Source: Halalkalibacterium halodurans
GTDB taxonomy: Bacteria; Bacillota; Bacilli; Bacillales; Bacillaceae_D
Reading direction: 5' to 3'
Assembly (NCBI RefSeq): GCF_004376175.1
Contig: NZ_SNUY01000009.1
Location: 90,108 to 95,813 of the forward strand
Length of the DNA stretch: 5,706 nt
The notes beneath the pieces are model-generated. The model was not told the origin of the DNA. It did no database searches and was given only the letters and a program-made list of their open reading frames with translations. A program made the translations under genes and the position numbers. Of the stretch, positions 1 through 5,681 are shown one piece after another; position 1 is the first letter of the stretch, and every line of letters begins with the position of its first letter.

Positions 1-219
1 TTTCATCCTCCCACCATTAGTTGATTAGACACCAATAACGGTAGGGTATTTTGAGAGGGCTGGCAAGCCTTTTCTATTTGTGCAACCTTCTAACATTTTG
101 GTTGCAATACTCTTAACTTTTATTTTGCACTAAACACATACGAAAGAACAGTAGCAATCGATCAAATTTTCCCTTATGGTAATACATCGATTTCATCAAG
201 GATCTTGATTATTATAAAC

Positions 220-413
220 TCAAACTTCGCAGACTGAGATCGATAAATAAGCCTTGATATGGTTAGGCAGACCATCAATCCATTGCTGAAGTTGACTTTG
301 GATTAATTTTTGAATCATTTTATTTGACTTTGTTAGGGTATCTTCAAGAAGCTCGATTAATTGCTGTAATGCGACAGCCCAATCAAGTTCGTTTACTTCA
401 TCGCAAAGTTCAT
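220..413 (-). pseudogene. C-terminal fragment (62 aa plus stop) of the IS4-family transposase, separated from its N-terminal part by the IS21 insertion
   Basis: The tracked ORF 220..513 begins with TTG (rc of 511..513) and has no SD. Its first 33 codons are read from the IS21 terminal repeats at 414..513. From 413 downward, the frame continues exactly the frame of ORF 3213..4415 across the GTTCAT duplication. The native portion reads LCDEVNELDWAVALQQLIELLEDT...SISVCEV, with a TGA stop at 220..222. Confidence 0.85.
408..413. repeat. Target-site duplication (GTTCAT), copy flanking the istB-distal end of the IS21-family element
   Basis: GTTCAT at 408..413 abuts the IS terminus (TG at 414). An identical hexamer sits at 3242..3247 directly after the other terminus. 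The next outer bases differ (414 t versus 3248 a). Confidence 0.8.
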
Positions 414-504
414 TGAGTATTGCGGATAGATTGAGCCAGCAGTGCGGAGTTTTAAGCCACTGTTTGCGGACATCTGAGCCAGTAAGTGCGGGGGACAGAG
501 CCAC
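414..504. repeat. IS21 terminal repeat array (istB-distal end): four contiguous 21-25 bp units, presumed IstA binding sites
   Basis: The units lie at 414..438, 439..460, 461..481 and 482..504. Each has the core TGCGG-N6/7-(G)AGCCA(C) on the plus strand. The array is 91 bp, the same length as its inverted partner at 3151..3241. Confidence 0.85.
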
Positions 505-517
505 TGTAATCAAAGTA

Positions 518-561
518 CAAAATAATTAAGAGCCATTAGAACAGAATTCGTTCCAATGGCT
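518..561 (-). terminator. Candidate rho-independent terminator ending the istA-istB-orf3 transcription unit
   Basis: The minus-strand RNA reads AGCCAUUGGAAC-GAAUUCU-GUUCUAAUGGCU (rc of 531..561). It forms a 12-bp stem and a 7-nt loop, followed by CUUAAUUAUUUUG. One stem position is G-U on the minus strand but A/C on the plus strand, so the structure is strand-specific. It lies 12 nt after the orf3 stop and just inside the terminal repeats. Confidence 0.55.
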
Positions 562-572
562 GTTTGTTTATA

Positions 573-773
573 TTATCTAAATCTTTTATCTCCTAGTTGT
601 TTATCAATAATCTCAATTGCCCAACGAACGAGTTCATCCTGATCTAAATTCTCTTCCTCATTCCATATGCAAGGGGGTAATAGTCTTTCTTCTATTGCTA
701 GCCTCACTTCATCGGGTAAATACATATGCAAAAAATACCTAGCTATACGATTTTCAACTTCTGATGGAATCAT
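573..773 (-). CDS. Hypothetical acidic 66-aa protein (orf3) encoded inside the IS21-family element downstream of istB
   Basis: The ATG at 771..773 overlaps the istB TGA (ATGA at 770..773). A GAGGG SD-like motif lies 7 nt upstream, inside the istB 3' end. The ORF is followed by the terminator hairpin. I recognise no family for it: it has about 15 D/E versus 9 K/R and no obvious HTH. Confidence 0.5.
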   Translation of the reverse strand: MIPSEVENRIARYFLHMYLPDEVRLAIEERLLPPCIWNEEENLDQDELVRWAIEIIDKQLGDKRFR

Positions 774-1525
774 TTTGATACCCTCAATCCATGACGTTCC
801 CTCATCGAAACTTCACCATCAACTAAAATCTTATATGAATCGTGAACGATTCGGTCCAGGATCGCATCTGCTATTTGTGCTTGTCCTAGTTTTGAATGCC
901 AGCCTTCTGGAGAAAATTGAGAACAGAAAATAGTCGATGCTTTCTTTAACCTTGCTTCTATAATTTCCAACACGTGAAGTACATTTTCCTCTGAGAGTTC
1001 TGTTAATAACCATTCATCTAGTATTAATAAATCAATCTTTTTGTATTTCTGAATTAGCTTACGAAAACTGCCATCTGCTTCATATTTCGCAATGGCTAAT
1101 TCATCAAGTAACTCTGGTAATCTAATATATTTCACTTTGTAAAATTGGCGACATGCATGAACGCCAAAGGCATTTGATATCCATGTTTTCCCGTTCCCTG
1201 ACGCTCCCATTAAAATAATGTTATGGTGATTTTGAATGTAATTTCCTGTTGCTAACTCTAGTATTAGATTTTTGTCTAGATTACGATCTGGGTGATATTC
1301 GATATCTTCAATAGCTGCCGTTGGGTCGCTGAAGGTCGCCTGTTTAATTAAGCGATCAAGTCTATTTGATTTACGTCTATCATACTCATAATCTACTAAG
1401 AGGTTGAATCTATCATCAAAATCCATGCTTTTATAATCTCTATTCTGACTTTGTTGCTGATATATTTCTGCCATTGCGCCCATTTTCATTTCTATTAATT
1501 TACGTAATGTTTCTTGGTTCATCAT
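770..1525 (-). CDS. istB: IS21-family helper ATPase IstB (AAA+/DnaC-like), 251 aa
   Basis: It carries Walker A GASGNGKT and Walker B DLLILDEW. The ATG overlaps the istA stop (ATGA at 1522..1525). A GGAGG SD lies 8 nt upstream. Confidence 0.93.
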   Translation of the reverse strand: MMNQETLRKLIEMKMGAMAEIYQQQSQNRDYKSMDFDDRFNLLVDYEYDRRKSNRLDRLIKQATFSDPTAAIEDIEYHPDRNLDKNLILELATGNYIQNHHNIILMGASGNGKTWISNAFGVHACRQFYKVKYIRLPELLDELAIAKYEADGSFRKLIQKYKKIDLLILDEWLLTELSEENVLHVLEIIEARLKKASTIFCSQFSPEGWHSKLGQAQIADAILDRIVHDSYKILVDGEVSMRERHGLRVSK

Positions 1526-3069
1526 TTATTATTCCTCCCGAAGTATTGAGCTCCACGGACAAATCCATAGTCATCAGAAGTCGTGTGATGCCTATTAATA
1601 TCCGGGTTTTGACTTTGTTTTTTCTTCTTATTTCTCTCCAGTACGCTTTTTAAAACAGAAATCGTTGGGTTGGTTGATATTTCAAGTAACGTTTCTGTTG
1701 CTTTTTCTATTTCTTTATTTGAGTATTTCGTAGCTATATTTCTCAGTGTGCTAAGGATATTTAATGCTTTTTTCTCCACATTCGTATCCAAGATATAAGA
1801 AACAAATTGAGTCATAGATGGTCCAATTGCTTCTGCCCACTTCCGATTATTTTCAGGGTTATGTTCTAAATATAATCGGTGATTATCAGGCATATGGTCT
1901 GTGTTCGTAGAAAACTGGCCAAATTCACCATATAATCGTTTATGGGATGCAATACGGACTTCTTTGAAGTAAACTTCAATTAAATCCGTGGTAAGTCGTA
2001 TATCGACATTCTCTCGGACATAATCATATGGAACGGAATAATACATTCGTTCAACTTGGATGTGGTAGTTCAGTTGAACTTTTGCTGTTTTCCATTCCGC
2101 AAGTTTATAGCGCGTTTGAGGAAGCTGTTGAAGGTAAGATTTCTCTTCTTCCTCAAACACCTTTTTACGTGAACCTGGTCGCTTTTGAAAATCAATGGTG
2201 TTGATTTCTTCTAGCCTTTCAAAGATTTGCTTATTTAAATCTTCGATATGAAAACAATGGTAGTTTCTTAGCGGAGCGATAATCTGACGAGAAATATATC
2301 CAACAGTCCCTTCGACGCTTGCTTTATCTTTTGGTCTACGCACGCGGCTTGGAACAATGACTGTACGATAATAATCTGCTAGTTCACGATAAGCTTCATT
2401 AAGAAGGGGCTCTTCTCGATGTGCTTTCGTAACACCTGTTTTCAAATTATCGGGAACCAATGTTTCAGGAACTCCCCCAAAATACTCTAATGCATGGATA
2501 TGAGCGATAAGCCAATTAGCTAATTTCATATCTAGAAATGCTTCAACATAGCTGAATTGACTATAAGGTAAGGTCGCAATAAAAACATACGCTGGAATTG
2601 TTTCTCCTGTTGAACGATCAATAATCTGCAACGTAGTCCCAGCCCAATCTACTTCCATGACTTCACCTGGTTTTCTTCGAATAGGCATAGTTAACTTATA
2701 CTTCTTCGCATATTTCCCATAGTTTTCACAAAAAGTACGATACGCATAGGGGATCTTTCCACCCTCACGTGCTTCTGTCGCATACTCGTGATGCAATAAA
2801 GTCAAGGTGACATTCTTTTTTTGTAGCTCCTTATGCACTTTTTCCCAATCAACCGGGAAGTAACCTTTCTCAACAGCTTGTTTCTCTGGAAAGAGAAACT
2901 CTTCTAGCCATTGATTGGTCATTGTATCGTTCAAGCTGTCCACACCAAGTTTCTTGGCACGTTGAACGACATCTGAAACTGTATTCCTTGAATGACCAGT
3001 GCTAGAACTAATGGTTCTTTGACTGACTCCTTCAGAATACAGTTCCAGAATCTTTCGGCAATTAACCAT
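1522..3069 (-). CDS. istA: IS21-family DDE transposase IstA, 515 aa
   Basis: The N-terminus has an HTH (SQRTISSSTGHSRNTVSDVV). The catalytic-core motifs are MEVDWAG, LVPDNLKTG and PKDKASVEGTVGY. An AGGAGG SD lies 7 nt upstream of the ATG at 3067..3069. The gene is followed by the overlapping istB. Confidence 0.93.
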   Translation of the reverse strand: MVNCRKILELYSEGVSQRTISSSTGHSRNTVSDVVQRAKKLGVDSLNDTMTNQWLEEFLFPEKQAVEKGYFPVDWEKVHKELQKKNVTLTLLHHEYATEAREGGKIPYAYRTFCENYGKYAKKYKLTMPIRRKPGEVMEVDWAGTTLQIIDRSTGETIPAYVFIATLPYSQFSYVEAFLDMKLANWLIAHIHALEYFGGVPETLVPDNLKTGVTKAHREEPLLNEAYRELADYYRTVIVPSRVRRPKDKASVEGTVGYISRQIIAPLRNYHCFHIEDLNKQIFERLEEINTIDFQKRPGSRKKVFEEEEKSYLQQLPQTRYKLAEWKTAKVQLNYHIQVERMYYSVPYDYVRENVDIRLTTDLIEVYFKEVRIASHKRLYGEFGQFSTNTDHMPDNHRLYLEHNPENNRKWAEAIGPSMTQFVSYILDTNVEKKALNILSTLRNIATKYSNKEIEKATETLLEISTNPTISVLKSVLERNKKKKQSQNPDINRHHTTSDDYGFVRGAQYFGRNNK

Positions 3070-3071
3070 AA

Positions 3072-3135
3072 AAAAGCCTCCTGTATAATAGTGTCATGCT
3101 TGCTCGCATGCAACATAATTATACAAGAGGCTTTT
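3072..3135 (-). promoter_or_regulatory. Long fold-back structure covering the istA Shine-Dalgarno; candidate -10 TATAAT lies in its upstream arm
   Basis: On the minus-strand RNA, AAAAGCCUCUUGUAUAAU (rc of 3118..3135) pairs with AUUAUACAGGAGGCUUUU (rc of 3072..3089). That gives 18 consecutive bp, 17 Watson-Crick plus one G-U that would be a C/A mismatch on the other strand. An inner 5-bp stem joins 3095..3099 and 3106..3110. The AGGAGG SD (rc of 3077..3082) is inside the downstream arm. The minus-strand TATAAT is rc of 3118..3123 and has a poor -35. Confidence 0.5.
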
Positions 3136-3150
3136 CTTGATCTATTAATA

Positions 3151-3241
3151 GTGGCTCTCCACTCTGCAAAGGGTGGCTCTTTACTCCGCATTGACTGGCT
3201 CAAAACTCCGCATCAGTGGCTCAATTCAACCGCAATAATCA
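3151..3241. repeat. IS21 terminal repeat array (istA-proximal end): four contiguous units, the inverted partner of 414..504
   Basis: The units are GTGGCTCTCCACTCTGCA (3151..3168, degenerate with CTGCA), GTGGCTCTTTACTCCGCATTGAC (3173..3195), TGGCTCAAAACTCCGCATCA (3196..3215) and GTGGCTCAATTCAACCGCAATAATCA (3216..3241). The core is (G)TGGCTC-N6/7-CCGCA. Confidence 0.85.
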
Positions 3242-3247
3242 GTTCAT
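3242..3247. repeat. Target-site duplication (GTTCAT), copy flanking the istA-proximal end of the IS21-family element
   Basis: It is identical to 408..413 and lies immediately outside the terminal CA at 3240..3241. Confidence 0.8.
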
Positions 3248-4415
3248 AGAAGAGTCCACCTATTGTACGTTGATCTGTGTTACAACGATTTTGCCAGGAC
3301 AAGACAATATACCGTGAAAACACCATCGTTGTATGACTGACAAGTAGATCATAGGACATTCCTTGAAATTCTTTTTGAAGCTTTAATAGCGATTTAGTCG
3401 TCTTAAAGAAGACCTCGATATCCCAACGCATTCCGTAAATACGTACGATTTCTTGTTCAGACAGCGTACAATCGGTACTGAGAATGGCCAGCCATTCGCT
3501 CTTTTTATTACGGTTTTGTACAAATACTACTTTCACTGGAATGCCATTTGCCATCGTTGTATGAATGGATCGCAAAATGCCTTTCTGTTTTGAGACAGGT
3601 GTGGCAACCCTGTACAATTCTTTCAAAGATAGCTTTTGATTGTTCACCAAATAGCGTTGATTGGTTGCCTTGACCATTCCAATGACATCAAGACCGATGT
3701 CAACGATGGATTTGATGAGGGGCTGCTGAGTAAACCATGTATCCATTAACACATAGTTTGCTGAAATACCTGCATCCAGTGCTCTCTTAACCATGCTTGG
3801 AATGATGGAAGGAGCTGATTCTAACGCTTCTATTCGCCGTTTATATCCAGAACTGCGTTTATCAATGTTCTCGGATATTCCGTTAATTTGGGCGTTTTTT
3901 GAGCTTAACAAAGTAAAGTCTAAGGGCATAAAGGTAAACCCATCAGACCAACCAAGCGTAAGCATACGAAACCCTTTATAGAAACGCTTCTTCAATGAAG
4001 AATGGTCCATACAACGAGCAAGAAGCTCAACCTTTTTACTACGGTTGCGATCAAACATAGAATCGTCGATAATCAATGCTTTTGGACGTTTTTCATCTGT
4101 AAGCCCATCGACTTTTTGAACCGCATGAGCACTTAAAAACGTTAGAAAACGGCGCCAAGCAAACTTAGAATGATTCATAAAGCGATAAACGGCGTCCTTA
4201 GCTGGATAACTGTCACCCTTCTTTAATTTTAATAGGGTATACCAACTCTTATGATGAAAGATTAAGCAGAAAATTAGTTGAAACAAATAGGAAGCTGTGA
4301 AGCCAAACTTCTTTGTTATTCTAGCTTTTCTAAGATGCTTAAAAATTTCTAATTCGCTAAATACGGATTTTAATTCTTTTGATAGTTGATTGTTTTGGTT
4401 ATTTTGCTCTATCAT
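3242..4415 (-). pseudogene. N-terminal 391-codon fragment of the IS4-family DDE transposase, truncated by the IS21 insertion; the ORF as it stands runs on to a stop at 3213
   Basis: The DDE_Tnp_1-type motifs are ALIIDDSMF (D), YVLMDTWF (D) and YGMRWDIEVFFKTTK (Y-x2-R-x3-E-x6-K, the IS4-family YREK signature). A GAGGTG SD lies 8 nt upstream of the ATG at 4413..4415. The last 9 residues of the tracked ORF (LIIAVELSH) are read from the IS21 terminal repeat. Confidence 0.85.
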
Positions 4416-4460
4416 ATAGGAGACACCTCTTCTGTGTGGTAGTGATTTCTAGACAATCTC

Positions 4461-4489
4461 ACTATACCAAGAATGAGGTGTTTTTTGAA
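4461..4489 (-). promoter_or_regulatory. Candidate sigma-A-type promoter for the IS4-like transposase, with a -35 that spans the IS3 left-end junction
   Basis: The minus strand reads TTCAAA (rc of 4484..4489), a 17-nt spacer, then TGgTATAGT (rc of 4461..4469). This is an extended -10 with 5/6 in the hexamer, and the -35 matches 4/6. Four of the six -35 bases fall inside the proposed IS3 IRL (4486..4489). Confidence 0.35.
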
Positions 4490-4510
4490 TAGGTTACACT
4501 TAGTTGGACA
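4486..4510. repeat. IS3-family left terminal inverted repeat (IRL)
   Basis: It matches the reverse complement of 5682..5706 at 16/25. The strongest blocks are ACACT and GGACA, and it starts with TG. Confidence 0.6.
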
Positions 4511-4564
4511 GTTTCGTTAAGGTCATATACACTTGATTCAAATAAACTCTGAGGAGAATCAAAC

Positions 4565-4849
4565 ATGACCAAGCGTCCGAGAAGAAGCTATACAAAAGAA
4601 TTTAAGGATCAAATCGTTCAACTTCATGTTTCTGGCAAGCCCCGTGCAGAAATTATCAAAGAATACGAGCTGACGCCTTCTGCCTTTGATAAGTGGGTTC
4701 GGCAGCACCAGAACAGTGGATCCTTTGAAGAAAAAGACAACCGTACACCCGAACAGGAAGAGTTGATTCGGCTGCGGAAAGAGAATCAAAAGCTTGCCAT
4801 GGAGAATGATATTTTAAAGCAAGCCGCGCTGATCATGGGACGAAAGTAG
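4565..4849 (+). CDS. IS3-family OrfA (HTH DNA-binding protein with leucine-zipper-like C-terminus), 94 aa
   Basis: A GAGGAG SD lies 8 nt upstream of the ATG. The sequence TKEFKDQIVQLHVSGKPRAEIIKEYELTPSAFDKWV is a typical IS3 OrfA HTH. The C-terminal LIRLRKENQKLAMENDILKQAALIMGRK is a typical heptad region. Confidence 0.9.
   Translation: MTKRPRRSYTKEFKDQIVQLHVSGKPRAEIIKEYELTPSAFDKWVRQHQNSGSFEEKDNRTPEQEELIRLRKENQKLAMENDILKQAALIMGRK
4813..4819 (+). promoter_or_regulatory. Programmed -1 ribosomal frameshift heptamer T TTA AAG (X XXY YYZ) joining orfA to orfB
   Basis: In the orfA frame the codons are at-T TTA AAG (I L K). The orfB frame is -1 relative to orfA and is open from 4810, after a TGA at 4807..4809. 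The heptamer lies in the 40-nt overlap. The predicted fusion reads ...MENDILK/ASRADHGTKVDVIRNNRHKY... Confidence 0.7.
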
Positions 4850-4851
4850 AT

Positions 4852-5676
4852 GTGATTCGGAACAACCGCCACAAATACTCGGTATCAGCAATGTGCGATG
4901 TCCTGCAAATGGCCCGAAGTACGTACTATTATGAAGCAAAAATTCGAGACGACCAGGATGAAGAGTTGTCGGAACTGATCGTTGATATTTTTAAGAACAG
5001 CCGTGATAACTACGGCCAAAGAAAGATTAAAATTGAGCTAAGAAAGAAAGGCTGGACTGTATCAAGACGCCGTATTGGGCGGATTATGAAGGAGCAGGGC
5101 CTGGTTTCCAAATATACAGTAGCTCAGTTTAAACCAGCAAAAACAAGCTGTAATGAATCAGAAATTGGGAATACACTAAACCGGGAGTTTAATCAGGAGC
5201 AAGAACTGAAAGTCGTTGTCAGTGATCTAACCTACGTACGTGTTCAACAGAAATGGCATTATATTTGTGTATTAGTAGATTTATATAATCGTGAAATTAT
5301 TGGCTACAGCGCAGGTCCTCATAAAAGTGCTGAGTTAGTTCAACGTGCCTTTGCATCGGTTAAATACAATCTTCAGCGCCTCGAATTATTCCACACGGAC
5401 AGAGGAAGTGAGTTTAAGAACAAACTTATCGATCAGGCATTAGAAACCTTTGGCATTGAGCGTTCATTGAGTGAGAAAGGAACGCCCTATGATAACGCCG
5501 TCGCAGAAGCCACATTTAAGACGATCAAAACAGAGTTCGTTCGTGGTGCGGTTTTTTCTAGCCAACAGGAACTTGACCTTGAACTTTTTGACTACGTTCA
5601 CTGGTTCAATACTATTCGAATTCATGGATCATTAGATTACTTAACACCGACTGAATACAAGTTAATGAACCTTTAA
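4852..5676 (+). CDS. IS3-family OrfB (DDE integrase-type catalytic domain), probably made as an OrfAB fusion (4565..4819 joined to 4819..5676) rather than from the tracked GTG
   Basis: The motifs are VVSDLTYV (D), FHTDRGSEF (D) and YDNAVAEATFKTIKTE (E). There are 35 residues between the second D and the E, the classic D(35)E spacing. The tracked start is GTG with no SD, and the frame is open upstream to 4810. Confidence 0.9.
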   Translation: MIRNNRHKYSVSAMCDVLQMARSTYYYEAKIRDDQDEELSELIVDIFKNSRDNYGQRKIKIELRKKGWTVSRRRIGRIMKEQGLVSKYTVAQFKPAKTSCNESEIGNTLNREFNQEQELKVVVSDLTYVRVQQKWHYICVLVDLYNREIIGYSAGPHKSAELVQRAFASVKYNLQRLELFHTDRGSEFKNKLIDQALETFGIERSLSEKGTPYDNAVAEATFKTIKTEFVRGAVFSSQQELDLELFDYVHWFNTIRIHGSLDYLTPTEYKLMNL

Positions 5677-5681
5677 ATAAT

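Larger units (their letters stand above)
414..3241 (-). mobile_element. Complete IS21-family insertion sequence, 2828 bp, with istA-istB-orf3
   Basis: The termini are 5'-TG...CA-3'. The outermost 25 bp, TGAGTATTGCGGATAGATTGAGCCA (414..438), match the reverse complement of 3217..3241 (TGATTATTGCGGTTGAATTGAGCCA) at 21/25. Both ends carry multiple subterminal repeats, the element has the overlapping istA/istB organisation, and a 6-bp direct repeat flanks it. Confidence 0.9.
220..4485 (-). mobile_element. IS4-family insertion sequence, interrupted by the IS21-family element; coordinates are the minimal extent and the true ends are unresolved
   Basis: The single transposase gene is split into 3242..4415 and 220..413. 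No convincing terminal inverted repeats were found in 1..219 versus 4416..4485, so the left end lies somewhere in 1..219. The right end lies at or before the IS3 boundary at 4485/4486. Confidence 0.6.

Noticed and set aside
1-15. Minus-strand GGTGGGAGGATGAAA at the window edge, a possible SD for a gene starting off-window
   Set aside because: The in-window ATG has zero spacing from GGAGG, and any real start would lie beyond position 1. It cannot be supported from this window.
12-28. CACCATTAGTTGATTAG as a possible left inverted repeat of the IS4-like element, pairing with rc(4462..4480) CACCTCATTCTTGGTATAG
   Set aside because: It gives only about 12 of 19 matches and needs a 2-nt gap, which is indistinguishable from chance in AT-rich DNA. 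A second weak candidate around 170..195 (TGGTAATA...GATT) is no better. The IS4-like ends are left unresolved.
81-106. Hairpin TGCAACC-12 nt-GGTTGCA
   Set aside because: The stem is only 7 bp with a large 12-nt loop, and there is no adjacent U-tract on either strand. This is not enough to call a terminator or a regulatory site.
195-209. Hairpin ATCAAG-GAT-CTTGAT just downstream of the IS4-like transposase stop, plus the AATCGAT/ATCGATT pair at 156..162 and 186..192
   Set aside because: These are short AT-rich stems with no following U-run on the minus strand. They are compatible with chance palindromes (ClaI-type sites).
414-504. About 22-bp tandem repeats considered as a mini CRISPR array or iteron set
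   Set aside because: The units are contiguous with no spacers. An inverted copy of the whole array exists at 3151..3241. The arrays bound an istA/istB unit flanked by a target duplication, so they are IS21 terminal or subterminal repeats.
220-513. Tracked 97-aa ORF treated as an intact gene
   Set aside because: The start is TTG with no SD and lies immediately after the terminator U-tract. Residues 1-33 are a read-through of the IS21 terminal repeats. The rest is the displaced C-terminus of the IS4-like transposase, so it is annotated as a pseudogene fragment instead.
667-933. 88-aa plus-strand ORF
   Set aside because: It is antisense to orf3 and the istB 3' end, has no SD, and its low-complexity composition is typical of an antisense frame of an AT-rich gene.
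831-1013. 60-aa minus-strand ORF
   Set aside because: It lies entirely within istB in another frame and has no independent signals.
2931-3249. 90-aa minus-strand ORF (2931..3203) and 85-aa plus-strand ORF (2992..3249)
   Set aside because: Both run across the istA 5' end, the SD fold-back and the terminal repeat array. Their sequences are explained by those elements, and neither has a credible RBS.
3793-3981. 62-aa plus-strand ORF
   Set aside because: It is antisense within the IS4-like transposase gene and has no start signals.
4559-4789. 76-aa minus-strand ORF
   Set aside because: It is antisense to the IS3 orfA, which has strong SD and homology-type support.
4820-4900. Search for a frameshift-stimulating hairpin or pseudoknot downstream of the IS3 slippery heptamer
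   Set aside because: Manual inspection found no stem of convincing length or GC content. This is reported only as an open question under the frameshift finding.
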